In this document: positions 28,360 to 38,613 of the stretch, piece by piece
Position numbering within the stretch: position 1 is the first letter of the stretch
How the letters are laid out: every line of letters begins with the position of its first letter
IMG/VR virus record: IMGVR_UViG_3300013285_000020
Coordinates: 1 to 53,262 of that record
Origin: a virus
Taxonomy: Duplodnaviria > Caudoviricetes
Length of the DNA: 53,262 nt
Direction: 5' to 3' (one strand)
Notes under the pieces: generated by a model
The model's database searches: none
What the model saw: only the letters and a program-made list of their open reading frames with translations
Told to the model about the DNA's origin: nothing
Made by a program: the position numbers and the translations under genes

Positions 28360-29946
28360 TTAGTACGTGCTAATGTAAATTGGCATGGGCAAATCGTGTT
28401 CGTCAAGCCCATCTTGATCCCGCATTTTATCGTATACTGATGGATCCCACTCTTGCAGGGTCATAATCATGCGAATATTTAACAACAAACTCATTACTAA
28501 ATCATCGTGTTGTCCTGATTTGGCTTTAAAAGTAACCCCTTCGCTAACAAATGCTTTAAGTTCACTTATCAATGCCTTACTTTGTATCTTCATTTTGTTA
28601 GTTTCGATTAATTTTTTAAGCTGGGCGCAAGCTGATATTTTAGCAAGATGCGTAGTGTTAAACCCTTTACGGAATCGACGAATATGTCCACGCTTTACTG
28701 GCTCACTTAAAAACAATCCTGGAAATGATTCTTCACCCAATGCATCTATAGCAACTAACGCACTTTCTCCCAGTGTATTATTTTCTACGCTATAATAGAT
28801 ACTAGGAGTTACCCCAGATTTCAAACATCGCTCTTCTATGTGTTTTAACAAGTCTCTTAAAATCCGCACTTGACTTTGTATAGGAGTCATATTATGATGC
28901 CATTCGCATACTTGATCAAAGCTGGGCAACTCTAAAATTTGTATGGCCGCATAATCCCCACCTGTCCCTAAACTAGGATCTAAACTAACAATATAGGTTA
29001 GATTAGGTTTGATCTTTTTATACCAGCGGGCTTGACCCATCTTCATTAACGGTTCGTTACCTTCTAATCCGGCAAGACAAATACTGTTGATCAGTGTTTC
29101 ATCAAAGATTAAGAATTTACATTCATGTTCACGTTCGAATCTCTCAACACCAACACGACTACGTTCTTCGTTTGCCCATTTATCATCTCTATCAGGATGT
29201 TGACTCCAAATAGCCATGAAAGGATGGAAACCGTTTTTGCCTAGGTGTGTAGTGTTGCCGTATTCATCTATACGCTTATTAGCTTCATTCCAAATCATGG
29301 CAAATTGATCTTCGTCACTGTTAGGAGTACTTGTAATAATAGCCTTACCACCAGTAGCTAATGTTGGAGAGATAGAAGTCCAAAACTCCACAGCAATATT
29401 AGGTTCAACATAGGCAAACTCGTCACAATATAGTAATGATACAGACATACCACGACCTGTTGTTTCAGTTGTTGTCTGTGCAACAATACGTGAACCGTTA
29501 TCAAATTCAATACTTTGTTTATTGTAGCTAGTACATCCTGCACGGATAAAATCAGGGCAAGTTTCATATGCGTAACGCAGACGTTGCATAATTTCTTGGG
29601 CACCTGTATATTTGTGCGCTGAAATAAGGATGGTACTGTTGGGCACAAACATGCCATACCATAGTAAGTATCCTACCGCAGTAGTGGTTTTACCCATCTG
29701 TCGTCCCAACATGTTTACACTGAATCGATTTCCGTGATAACTGTCTAATAATTCCTCTTGATATTCAAATGGAGCGTATTGTATCTTGCCCTTAGTTGGG
29801 TGCTGAATAAAGAAGAAATGTTCAATAAAATACTTTGGACCAGTTACTGGATCCATACAGGCGGCCATATGTTGCAAGTCTTCGTCAGACCATCGTTGCG
29901 TGGCATGCGCCTTTTTAACTAAATTACCGTCTAATGATTTTCCCAT
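28360..29946 (-). CDS. Terminase large subunit (T4 gp17-like)
   Basis: RQMGKTT, YCDEFAY, TSTPN, SLDPSLG and HDDLVMS. Confidence 0.93.
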   Translation of the reverse strand: MGKSLDGNLVKKAHATQRWSDEDLQHMAACMDPVTGPKYFIEHFFFIQHPTKGKIQYAPFEYQEELLDSYHGNRFSVNMLGRQMGKTTTAVGYLLWYGMFVPNSTILISAHKYTGAQEIMQRLRYAYETCPDFIRAGCTSYNKQSIEFDNGSRIVAQTTTETTGRGMSVSLLYCDEFAYVEPNIAVEFWTSISPTLATGGKAIITSTPNSDEDQFAMIWNEANKRIDEYGNTTHLGKNGFHPFMAIWSQHPDRDDKWANEERSRVGVERFEREHECKFLIFDETLINSICLAGLEGNEPLMKMGQARWYKKIKPNLTYIVSLDPSLGTGGDYAAIQILELPSFDQVCEWHHNMTPIQSQVRILRDLLKHIEERCLKSGVTPSIYYSVENNTLGESALVAIDALGEESFPGLFLSEPVKRGHIRRFRKGFNTTHLAKISACAQLKKLIETNKMKIQSKALISELKAFVSEGVTFKAKSGQHDDLVMSLLLNIRMIMTLQEWDPSVYDKMRDQDGLDEHDLPMPIYISTY

Positions 29947-29960
29947 ATTGTTATTTACTG

Positions 29961-29987
29961 AAAAAAATAGCCTCCGAAGAGGCTATT
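29961..29987 (-). terminator. Intrinsic terminator with cUUCGg tetraloop
   Basis: Minus strand reads AATAGCCTC-TTCG-GAGGCTATT-TTTTT. Confidence 0.85.
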
Positions 29988-30004
29988 GAATGTGTATCTA
30001 TATT

Positions 30005-30640
30005 TTAAGTTTTTAGAAAATCTTGATACTCTTGCATCAATTGCTGTTCCATCGTGGCAATTGGTTGGTTGCGATCACGTGGACGAGTATCATGATCTTT
30101 AGGAACATCACCACCACCTGGGGAATTTTGTTGGTTGGCAAAGCCATTAGGGTTGAACGGTTTTTGTTTGTTAGGATTGTTAGGTGTGTTATCTACGCCA
30201 GGAATACCATGCTGATCTGGTTCTTCAGATTCGTCAGTTTCTTCTTTGTCGCTGTCATCGCTATGCTCGCTGTCCATATCATTCATTTTATCTTTGATAC
30301 TGCGCATACTATCAGGACTACCGTCGTGTGGTTCATCACCACCAACTTCTGGCTCAGCTGTAGGAGCTTCTGGTTTAATTCCTAAATGTTCAGGTTCAAC
30401 TTTGTGAACTCCGGCCAGTTGCATGATCTGTGTTAGCATATTGCCTAACTCTTCTGCACTACCAGCAGTTACATTTAATGTAGCTGGAGATTTAGGAGCT
30501 TCTACTTCTACAGGAGGAGTAGTTTCACCCATCAATCCCATTGAGCTACCACACTCTGCGACTTCTGCATCTTCAGAAATCATGTTTGGGTTTTTAGCAT
30601 CTAGCTCAGCCAAACGTTTTAGTACGTCAATCATTTGCAT
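30005..30640 (-). CDS. Acidic low-complexity hypothetical protein, possibly head/scaffold associated
   Basis: 211 aa, rich in E/D/P/N. Confidence 0.6.
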   Translation of the reverse strand: MQMIDVLKRLAELDAKNPNMISEDAEVAECGSSMGLMGETTPPVEVEAPKSPATLNVTAGSAEELGNMLTQIMQLAGVHKVEPEHLGIKPEAPTAEPEVGGDEPHDGSPDSMRSIKDKMNDMDSEHSDDSDKEETDESEEPDQHGIPGVDNTPNNPNKQKPFNPNGFANQQNSPGGGDVPKDHDTRPRDRNQPIATMEQQLMQEYQDFLKT

Positions 30641-30641
30641 A

Positions 30642-31250
30642 TTATTTTCCTTGTTTTGACCCTACAGGGCTTGTGTTATTTTGAGGAAGGTCATTTGTTG
30701 TCATTCCTGGATTCTTAGAAACATCGTCTGACTTAGCTTCTGGGATAACCTCTCCACGAGCCTTGCGCTGTAGCTTTAAAATGTCGTTTAACTCTTTAAC
30801 AAAACCGCTGTTATATTTGTCGCCATAAAAATCTTCAAAATTTGCATTGCCTGCTTCTTTATATTCGGAATCAGTTAGTAATGCACCTTCGCGTTTTTCG
30901 GTAGGTTCTTGATATTGCTCACTAGGTTCGCCCGGACGACGAACTGCTAAATTTTGTTTGTTAATGCCTAACCCACTGCTTAGGTATTCTGTTAATTCAA
31001 ATTGTGTTGTTGGATAATCTACAACAACTTCAAAAATATGTACTTCGCAGTTGCGTACTTGTGGAAAGTCCAATGGTAGTGACTGCACTGGAGTTGTTTT
31101 TAATTTTGAGAAAGAATCTATGTTGAATTTTTCCATCATAGATTTAAATTTTGTTTCTTGATCAGGTGTAAAGTTACCTGCTACTTTGACACGGAAAGTA
31201 TGCTTGTTGGCAGTAGCGCCTTCGCTGAGATAGTCTTTAAAGTTTTTCAT
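30642..31250 (-). CDS. Hypothetical protein with capsid-targeting-like N-terminus
   Basis: Starts MKNFKDYLSE; TAAATA upstream. Confidence 0.6.
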   Translation of the reverse strand: MKNFKDYLSEGATANKHTFRVKVAGNFTPDQETKFKSMMEKFNIDSFSKLKTTPVQSLPLDFPQVRNCEVHIFEVVVDYPTTQFELTEYLSSGLGINKQNLAVRRPGEPSEQYQEPTEKREGALLTDSEYKEAGNANFEDFYGDKYNSGFVKELNDILKLQRKARGEVIPEAKSDDVSKNPGMTTNDLPQNNTSPVGSKQGK

Positions 31251-31257
31251 AGTAAGT

Positions 31258-31734
31258 TTATTTATTCAGATTTTTTAATTTTTCCAGGATAGAATTGCGA
31301 TCTGTAAGTATAAACCCCTGGCCTTCTACAGTTTCACTGCCTTCGTTCCCATGCTTTTTCTCAATGGCTAGCTTTTTTAGCTGTAAATCTACCATCTTTA
31401 ACTTCTTGTCAATTTTGTTAGTTTTTGCGGTTATAGCGGCTTGCATCATTTGCGCGGCCACTTCAAACATTCTAGTACTGTACCTAGCTTCTACATTCAT
31501 TCCTAGATCCATTAGATCATCGTATGCTTGTTCAGCTTTAGTAGCCAGGGCATCTAGTTCACCGTCAGCCATATCGCCCAAGCCCTTTACCCTAGGTAGT
31601 GCAGAGGCAATTTTATCAAATTCTTCTAATCTATCCTCTAAGTTAATTACTTCTGTAGGGGTAGGTTCTGCTGGGGGCGGAGTCTCTATAGTCTCTTTTG
31701 GCAAATCGAATAGTTCTTCTAATTTCTTAGTCAT
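31258..31734 (-). CDS. Probable terminase small subunit (T4 gp16-like)
   Basis: Helical protein with RMFEVAAQMM resembling the gp16 R-x-[YF]-EV motif; near the large subunit. Confidence 0.55.
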   Translation of the reverse strand: MTKKLEELFDLPKETIETPPPAEPTPTEVINLEDRLEEFDKIASALPRVKGLGDMADGELDALATKAEQAYDDLMDLGMNVEARYSTRMFEVAAQMMQAAITAKTNKIDKKLKMVDLQLKKLAIEKKHGNEGSETVEGQGFILTDRNSILEKLKNLNK

Positions 31735-31745
31735 ACTCTTACTTA

Positions 31746-32186
31746 TTACTTTCTTCCGCTATTGGAAAAAATATCGCCTTCGTTAATTACTCGAAATTTA
31801 ATTCCCTGATTCCTGCACCACGCACTAGCGGCTTCCCATTTTGCCATATTTTTTACATACTGAGCTTGATTGTACGCACTTTTTCCGACTTTTTCTTTTA
31901 AGGTTTGACTAGCAGGTTTTATTTCAATCATCTCTACGTGACCTTTCCTATTCTTATCAACATACTTGATTAAAAAGTCTGGAACATATACAGTTTGTTT
32001 CCCAGTTAGTGGATCACGGTAAGGAATTTTTACCGGCTCGCTGGCCCACTGTTCTATTGCCGGATTATTATCACAGAATGTCATAAACGTAAATTCCCAG
32101 CCACTTCGATAAAAGGGTTCTTTGGTACCTATATATTTTTTAGGGTTTTTAACTGAATAAAAACTTTGTGCAAATTTTAAACTCAT
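31746..32186 (-). CDS. Head completion nuclease (T4 gp4-like, TnsA fold)
   Basis: YRSGWE, WASEP..IPY, YVPDF, IEIKP and KWEAA. Confidence 0.85.
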   Translation of the reverse strand: MSLKFAQSFYSVKNPKKYIGTKEPFYRSGWEFTFMTFCDNNPAIEQWASEPVKIPYRDPLTGKQTVYVPDFLIKYVDKNRKGHVEMIEIKPASQTLKEKVGKSAYNQAQYVKNMAKWEAASAWCRNQGIKFRVINEGDIFSNSGRK

Positions 32187-32563
32187 GCTATGACGGTGCG
32201 TTGTACGTAGGGATTGGATACTAGGTCATTAACTACCCCTAGGTAACTTGTTTTGGATCTGTTGTAATTTAAAATTTGTGTAGCAAGTGTGCTTAATTGT
32301 GAAGCATCGAAATTTTTAAAAGAATCCAAAACAACCATTGGATCAAATCGATCATTCTGTGCTTGTTTCATAATCACTAGAGCAATTGATTGCGAAGTTG
32401 TTGGGTCAAAACCTTTGTTTTCAAAAAATCCGGTAACTGCATTAAATGCATTTGCATTTAACTCAACAGGTACAGAATAAAAATTATCAAAAGTTCTTAC
32501 AACTCCATCTGCACTGTTGTTACTGGGGTGTGGGGTTGGGGGTAGATTACTAAATGTTTTCAT
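32183..32563 (-). CDS. Hypothetical protein
   Basis: 126-aa ORF in the structural operon. Confidence 0.6.
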   Translation of the reverse strand: MKTFSNLPPTPHPSNNSADGVVRTFDNFYSVPVELNANAFNAVTGFFENKGFDPTTSQSIALVIMKQAQNDRFDPMVVLDSFKNFDASQLSTLATQILNYNRSKTSYLGVVNDLVSNPYVQRTVIA

Positions 32564-32565
32564 AA

Positions 32566-33762
32566 TTAACTTGGATTAATTTCACCAGCATTGCCAATTG
32601 GCCGAGCGCCGGAATCTGTTAAACTGGTATTAACATACGTAGATGCTGGTAGTCCTTGATTATTTAAATCACCTTGTTGGCCTTGGATGACACCACCTGA
32701 ACCAACTACATTTGATGGATTTGCGCTTATTGCCCCTATGACTGCACCAGTTAGCATATTATGTAAATTTATACCATAAATGTTCCAAGCGTTTCTAGGT
32801 TGTGTTCTAAAAGTATTAAAAATATTGTAAGCATTGACTAGTGATCCTAGAGATAGTCCAGATTTTTGATACTGAGGGGGCGGTGGAACAAACGGTTTAT
32901 GTTGAGGAATTTTCGCAGTAAAATCACTTAGATTCTGATGGACTCCGCCAACACTACCTGAGAAGAAATCAAATTGCGGAATTTGGCCGTTTGCTCCTGC
33001 GGTAAGTGTAGTAGGAGTCGTGTCATATACTGACGGATCTTCAAACAACATTACACTATCATCACCACCAGATTTCATTTTTCCAGAAGAATATATAACA
33101 TCTTCATAGACAATTGTCATTTTATTTTGTAAAGGTTTAGCCTGGTCACCTTGAGATACAGTATCATGATCCCATGAACTAATCATAGGATTGATTAATC
33201 TAAACCTAGTATAGTCTTTGTGACTAGGGCCTGCATGTAACAGATATATATCTATGCTTTGTAAAAAATTTGGTTCTGAACTACCATACACTGTCCCAGC
33301 AACTGGACTAAACCCGTAAGCATAGTTATTGCTGGCATCTAAATATTTTGTATCAGCATAAGAAACATTGACTCCTGGACTTGCTGATGGATCACCGTAT
33401 CTGCTATCTGCATAATAGTATTTGTAATAATTGGTCCAAAACCCATTTGTGGTTCCGCCCATATCATCGTGGAAACTAAAACTTAACGGTTCATAAGTTA
33501 TCTTAGTTTGTATATTAGTTTTTCTATTGTACTGATTCATTGTCTCAGTGCCAATTTTAAATTTTGGTAGTTGTACTTCCCTGGCCAAAAGAGCCGTGAA
33601 CTTGCGATCCCAATCAGCAGTTATTTGATTCACTACGTTTGGATGTACATTGAATTTTACAAAGTACATGTGACTAAATTTAGGCAGACGTTTGTAATTG
33701 TCGCTTAGGTAAAGTCGGGTCGCATGACCGTAACTTGTAAAATTATCAGATGAAGTAGCCAT
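32566..33762 (-). CDS. Tail-tube-like / baseplate tube initiator protein
   Basis: Tube-fold pattern VQLPKF...NQYNRK...YEPLSFSFHDD; follows the tail tube gene. Confidence 0.6.
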   Translation of the reverse strand: MATSSDNFTSYGHATRLYLSDNYKRLPKFSHMYFVKFNVHPNVVNQITADWDRKFTALLAREVQLPKFKIGTETMNQYNRKTNIQTKITYEPLSFSFHDDMGGTTNGFWTNYYKYYYADSRYGDPSASPGVNVSYADTKYLDASNNYAYGFSPVAGTVYGSSEPNFLQSIDIYLLHAGPSHKDYTRFRLINPMISSWDHDTVSQGDQAKPLQNKMTIVYEDVIYSSGKMKSGGDDSVMLFEDPSVYDTTPTTLTAGANGQIPQFDFFSGSVGGVHQNLSDFTAKIPQHKPFVPPPPQYQKSGLSLGSLVNAYNIFNTFRTQPRNAWNIYGINLHNMLTGAVIGAISANPSNVVGSGGVIQGQQGDLNNQGLPASTYVNTSLTDSGARPIGNAGEINPS

Positions 33763-33779
33763 AATAATATTTAGCCTAT

Positions 33780-33808
33780 AAAAAAGCCTGGGTTTTATGC
33801 CAGGCTTT
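33780..33808 (-). terminator. Intrinsic terminator after the tail tube gene
   Basis: Minus strand reads AAAGCCTGG-CATAAAAC-CCAGGCTTT-TTT. Confidence 0.75.
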
Positions 33809-33825
33809 AGTGGGGGTAGTTTTTA

Positions 33826-34452
33826 TTATAGTGCGGAAGTTAAATTAGTTCTTGGAACTGCTGTACCAAATCCTAATGTATTTCCATTTGCGCTAGTTTG
33901 ATATGCGTTATCGAAACAAATTGATAATTCAATTTCCATTGGATCACTCTTAGAGTAATCATTTCCACTGTAGCTGGCCATTTTAATCCAGCAACCTTGT
34001 AGTTGGAATACTTCTAAAGTTTGCGGCTCAAATGCTCCGTTGCCGCCATCTAGTACTTCGATTGCCATAAAAAATTTGTAATCTTGTCCACTAAATGCAC
34101 TTGACTGGTTAAAGAAATCAAATTGCTTTTGTAGTTGTTGACCAACTTTATTTGCAACTGAGTTATTAACGTCATCACGTACTTTTAGTTTGATGTCCTC
34201 AAATTTGTGTTTACCAGCAATTTTAATAGTGCTGTTGTAAACGTCCAATTTGACTTCGTCAAAACTTGGGTGTGGTCTATCAACTGAAATAACTTGTTTT
34301 GTTAGTTCTGTTGCAGGGTCTCCACCAGATCCAAATTGTGCCAACGTAACGCGAAAGCGGTACATTAACTTTGGCATCAACAAACCTTGGTTTTGCGCAC
34401 TTTGATCTGTTGATAATGGAACTGTGAAATTGTTTAAACTTGATGTTGCCAT
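33826..34452 (-). CDS. Tail tube protein (gp19-like)
   Basis: PKLMYRFRV, IAGKHKFEDI and LQGCWI; directly downstream of the sheath gene. Confidence 0.8.
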   Translation of the reverse strand: MATSSLNNFTVPLSTDQSAQNQGLLMPKLMYRFRVTLAQFGSGGDPATELTKQVISVDRPHPSFDEVKLDVYNSTIKIAGKHKFEDIKLKVRDDVNNSVANKVGQQLQKQFDFFNQSSAFSGQDYKFFMAIEVLDGGNGAFEPQTLEVFQLQGCWIKMASYSGNDYSKSDPMEIELSICFDNAYQTSANGNTLGFGTAVPRTNLTSAL

Positions 34453-34473
34453 GATATGCTCCTTGTCCTTTTA

Positions 34474-37400
34474 TTAACCTGTTGTGCTGTTGTTTGATCC
34501 GTTGGATTGTGAACCAAAGTTTCCAGAAGCAATCGCTCCAGTGTTCAACAATCTTAAAGGAATGTAAATGAATTCAACTGCTTTGACAGGCTCAATAGCA
34601 ATGTCAACCCATAGTTCATTCATATCTATTCTTGTAGGTGTATTATTTGATTTATCGCACACAACTACGAAGTCATATAACGCACGTTGTCCAACTAATT
34701 CTAACAACAAGTTTTCAATACTTGTTCTAATTTCGTTACGTGTTTGACTGTCGTTTGGTTCAAACAAGAATGGCTTAGCCAATGTAGCTAGTTGACGACG
34801 CAAGTATGCCACTAATCTAGCAACATTAACGCGGTTAAGAGCATCTGAATTAGCATCACGTGTATATTGACCCATAACTGTTAAACCACTACCTGGTAAT
34901 GTTGCAATTGGATTAATTTCTACGATTGATAGTACATCTCTCAAACTTCCATACAATGATGTTGGTGTAAATTGACCTGTTGTAGGACTAACATAACCTA
35001 CACTGCTTGCATTGGTAACAATACCGCGACGTGTACCAGCTGGTGCAAACCATGGATAACTTACGTTATCACTGTTAATAATGGTATGCAACATAATGTG
35101 GCTTGATGGAACAACAATGTTATTACCATAATTGTCAGTGGTGTATCCGCTTGGATAGTAAACTGCCAAATATGGATCGTGTGTTACTAGTCCTCGTTCG
35201 CCGTCTGCTGTGACTTTAGCACTGTTCTTTCCATAAGAATTCAGTGTTGTTGCGTCAGGTAACAAGCGCATAGGTGTATCACCCAATACTAATGCTAGCT
35301 GTCCAATGTCAGTATTTAAATTAACCATTGTTGAGATAGTTTCTGGATAGCCAGGGCATGCGATTAGGTTGTAATTTAATGTATCTGTATCTCTAATAGC
35401 TGTGCTGTTTTGAATCAATGCTTGCATTGCGCTAACTACCACACTGCGTTGAGATAGACGACCAAATTGTCCTTGACCTTTTTCGTTGTTTGCACTTGCG
35501 GTAACCCAACGATCTGGATAGTAAGAAGTTTGTGGCTCATTTCCGTTGTTAGCATTAGTACCATTTAGGTTAACATATCCAACATCATAATATTTGACAT
35601 TGTTACTGCTTCTACGTGTATTAAACAAACGTGTACCACGTGCATATAGTCTTGCACTTGGGCAATCTGAGTCTAAAAAGTTACTGATCAACATTGAAGT
35701 AATTGGAACAACTGTTGACATCGGTGTTGCACCACTAGTAGCCCAACGAGCATCAGCAAACAACCATCCATTAGGGCTTACATGATCTGTGGTGTCTTGT
35801 AATACCCAACCATTTGTACCAGCACCAGCTAGTGAGTTGTAAACATAAATTTGTGTACCAAAATCAACATTTGATGCGCTGTTAATCCAAATATCACCGG
35901 TAACTAAGGAATTTGCAATTCCCGAGCTTTGTGTAGTTGGAGCAGTAGCACTGATGATTGGGCCATTAATGTCTGTATTTGGGAACGCATTTCTGTAACC
36001 AATCCATGCGGTGCCATTGTTATACAATATATCAGCATCGCCAATGTAGTTGTTAAACCATAGGTATCCGTCTGGAGGAGTTACGCCAGGCGCTGTTGAT
36101 TGTGAATAATATGTTGCTTGGCTCCAATTACTAATTTCAAGAGCAAAGCCGCTGTCACCAGTAGGAGATAAATTCAATCTTGCAATAGTTCCAACTGCAC
36201 TAGGTTTAATACCCATGATAGATAAAGGAGTACCTGTACCGTCAACAAGTTCAATTTCTCCACCTAATGTATGCGAGATGGTCAACACAGAATTTGTAGG
36301 GTTCCAACTAGCATTTACATTAACAAGATTGGTACTAGTATTAATACCTGCGGCAATTGAGTTACCTAATGTTCCACCTGGGCTAAGACGAATAGTTGAA
36401 CTATTAATCCAGTTACCACTTGCAGATGTTTCTCTAATATTAAATGATCCACCAGTACTGACTGTAGTTGAACTAGTTACTGATATTGTTGAAGGTCCAG
36501 TATTTGAACGTACAAACGTTTTAAAGTCTGCAGCCACAGTATTATTCGAATCAGTGTCAACAAAAATGCTGTTTAACGGAATAGCTAAACCACCAGTGGT
36601 GTTGTCTAAATTAGCAATAGCATCTTGTCTGCTTAGATATACTGGAGCATTGACTGTTGTCCATGCTTGAGCAGAGCCACTGTAATATTTGAAGTCCCAC
36701 ATTGAACCACCAGTAACTGAATTGGTACAAATCCAAACACTGCCGTTTGCGGCATTTAGTGATTGATATGTAGCTGTTGGGTTTCCGTAGTTTGGACTAA
36801 TTGTCAAATACTTGCCACCATCAAAACCATTGCTTACTGATACCCAGCCTAATGATGCTGATTTGAAGTACAGTTGTGCCTTTGTAAGTGCGCCAGTTGC
36901 GCTATTTGGTGCTACCATAGCAAAGTTGCCAACAACACCAAATGAGCTTAACGGAGCACTGCCTGAAAATGCAGTTGCATAATTTGAATTATCAATAACC
37001 AACGGGGTAACTGATGTAAATCCGCCTTGTCCGTTGTTAGTAGATGTACTCCAAACATTAACACCAAAAGTGCTGTCACTTGTGTTTAACCACACAGTAC
37101 CTGCAGTTGGTGTGCCAGTTGGCTGAGTTGATGAGCCAACCATTGCGCTTAAATCTACGGGTGCTCTAACCACGTATGCTTGACTACTTACACCTAAAAC
37201 GCTGTAAGCGGCCTGTAGACCATATTCGTTAATCTCGCTTCCGTGTACTGGTGTACCAGAAACTGTTTGGAAATAAGGTGTACCAAATGTATCTACTAGA
37301 TCACGCTGACTAGTTATAACCCATACTGTACCAGCGTTCTTCGCTGTTGTACCTTGGGCAATACCAGTGCCGCTGGCATTTTGTTTATCTTGTGCAGTTG

Positions 37401-37500
37401 CTACGAAAATTAATGGGACCGTGCCCGGTGCGGCGGGCGCATAGAAACTTTGGTTTATAACTGAGACGTTAACGCCTGGTGATTGTAATGTTTGTGCCAT
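34474..37500 (-). CDS. Contractile tail sheath protein (gp18-like) with large inserted domains
   Basis: SPGVNV at the N-terminus, WFAPAGTRRG, RVNVARL, FEPND and KAVEFIYIP. AAGGAG SD precedes ATG 37500. Confidence 0.92.
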   Translation of the reverse strand: MAQTLQSPGVNVSVINQSFYAPAAPGTVPLIFVATAQDKQNASGTGIAQGTTAKNAGTVWVITSQRDLVDTFGTPYFQTVSGTPVHGSEINEYGLQAAYSVLGVSSQAYVVRAPVDLSAMVGSSTQPTGTPTAGTVWLNTSDSTFGVNVWSTSTNNGQGGFTSVTPLVIDNSNYATAFSGSAPLSSFGVVGNFAMVAPNSATGALTKAQLYFKSASLGWVSVSNGFDGGKYLTISPNYGNPTATYQSLNAANGSVWICTNSVTGGSMWDFKYYSGSAQAWTTVNAPVYLSRQDAIANLDNTTGGLAIPLNSIFVDTDSNNTVAADFKTFVRSNTGPSTISVTSSTTVSTGGSFNIRETSASGNWINSSTIRLSPGGTLGNSIAAGINTSTNLVNVNASWNPTNSVLTISHTLGGEIELVDGTGTPLSIMGIKPSAVGTIARLNLSPTGDSGFALEISNWSQATYYSQSTAPGVTPPDGYLWFNNYIGDADILYNNGTAWIGYRNAFPNTDINGPIISATAPTTQSSGIANSLVTGDIWINSASNVDFGTQIYVYNSLAGAGTNGWVLQDTTDHVSPNGWLFADARWATSGATPMSTVVPITSMLISNFLDSDCPSARLYARGTRLFNTRRSSNNVKYYDVGYVNLNGTNANNGNEPQTSYYPDRWVTASANNEKGQGQFGRLSQRSVVVSAMQALIQNSTAIRDTDTLNYNLIACPGYPETISTMVNLNTDIGQLALVLGDTPMRLLPDATTLNSYGKNSAKVTADGERGLVTHDPYLAVYYPSGYTTDNYGNNIVVPSSHIMLHTIINSDNVSYPWFAPAGTRRGIVTNASSVGYVSPTTGQFTPTSLYGSLRDVLSIVEINPIATLPGSGLTVMGQYTRDANSDALNRVNVARLVAYLRRQLATLAKPFLFEPNDSQTRNEIRTSIENLLLELVGQRALYDFVVVCDKSNNTPTRIDMNELWVDIAIEPVKAVEFIYIPLRLLNTGAIASGNFGSQSNGSNNSTTG

Positions 37501-37598
37501 CTTCAAAACTCCTTAGTGGATTACTTTGTTTTATTTAGCAAGTAATCCAAAAAAATACAGGTTAAATACCTATTGAAAAGGTGTGAAAAAGGGCGGGT

Positions 37599-37934
37599 AT
37601 GAGAAATCTTTGTCGTGAGTGCGGAGTCAAGCCAGTTGCTATCAATTATTATAAAGATGGCAAGGCATTCTACAGGTCAAAGTGTGACCACTGTAGCAAG
37701 GGAAGAAAAGAAGAAAGGCCACTTTGGGCGTTGCATGGGTACAAGAAAAAATCAACTTGTGAAAAGTGTAATTTTACTTCCAAGCATACTGAACAGTTTA
37801 ATGTATTTTATATAGACGGCAATTTAAACAACAACCGTCCTAATAATCTTAAGACTGTATGCGCAAATTGTCAGCGAGTCCTACATAAAGAGGGCGTTCG
37901 TTGGCGTCAAGGTGGGCTTGTTCCTGACTTTTAA
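37599..37934 (+). CDS. Zn-binding HNH-like protein, apparently lacking the catalytic His residues
   Basis: Four CxxC pairs; VFYIDGNLNNNRPNNLKTVCANCQR. Confidence 0.65.
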   Translation: MRNLCRECGVKPVAINYYKDGKAFYRSKCDHCSKGRKEERPLWALHGYKKKSTCEKCNFTSKHTEQFNVFYIDGNLNNNRPNNLKTVCANCQRVLHKEGVRWRQGGLVPDF

Positions 37935-38556
37935 TTAGTTCTTTAATCTGTGCATAAAGATCGTCAATGCTTTTATTATTATCTAATACAGCATCAAACT
38001 CTGTGCCAACCCAGGCAGTTTCGCTAGCATGAATCTTTTGACGTTTAATGCGCTCAGTACTGATAGCATAACTCATGTTCCTATCACCGGCATTCATGTT
38101 TATAGCATCTTGATACCATTCGGGTTCAGGACCACGAATTACCCGAATTACTAATCCGCCTGCATCTTTGATTGATTTAATCTCATTAGGGAAGCGGCAA
38201 TCACTAATTACAATATTGTCGATACTATTAAGTAATTTGTGTTCTAATGACGCAATCCATATATTATCATGAAACGCCTTACGACATACCTCAGTACCCC
38301 AATATTGTAATACCCAGCGTGGTGTTAAATGAGGCATACCTAAGCGTTTTGACCACCACGGATCTACCTGTTCACGCCATTCACGGGCACTGGTTGTGCG
38401 ACCTTCTAGCATAGTTCGGTCCCAACCAAATACTTGGGCTACTGCGTCTTTAAGGGAGTTAGCAAACGATTCTCGTCGGTAGCCATGAAAGTTAGTAAGA
38501 TAATCGGCAATAGTATCCTTGCCAGAACCAATAAAACCACAAACACCTATAATCAT
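37849..38556 (-). CDS. Deoxynucleoside monophosphate kinase (T4 gp1-like)
   Basis: GFIGSGKDT, FANSLKD, TPRWVLQYWGTE, SDCRFPNE and HASE. Confidence 0.88.
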   Translation of the reverse strand: MIIGVCGFIGSGKDTIADYLTNFHGYRRESFANSLKDAVAQVFGWDRTMLEGRTTSAREWREQVDPWWSKRLGMPHLTPRWVLQYWGTEVCRKAFHDNIWIASLEHKLLNSIDNIVISDCRFPNEIKSIKDAGGLVIRVIRGPEPEWYQDAINMNAGDRNMSYAISTERIKRQKIHASETAWVGTEFDAVLDNNKSIDDLYAQIKELIKSQEQAHLDANERPLYVGLADNLRIQS

Positions 38557-38577
38557 AGCGCCTCCTAAAGTGCTATT

Positions 38578-38606
38578 AGTATATAACAGTTTTATTACAA
38601 GGTCAA
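38578..38606 (-). promoter_or_regulatory. sigma70-type promoter for the dNMP kinase
   Basis: TTGACC (38606-38601), 17-nt spacer, TATACT (38583-38578); AGGAGG SD before the ATG. Confidence 0.7.
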
Positions 38607-38613
38607 GAGTTTT

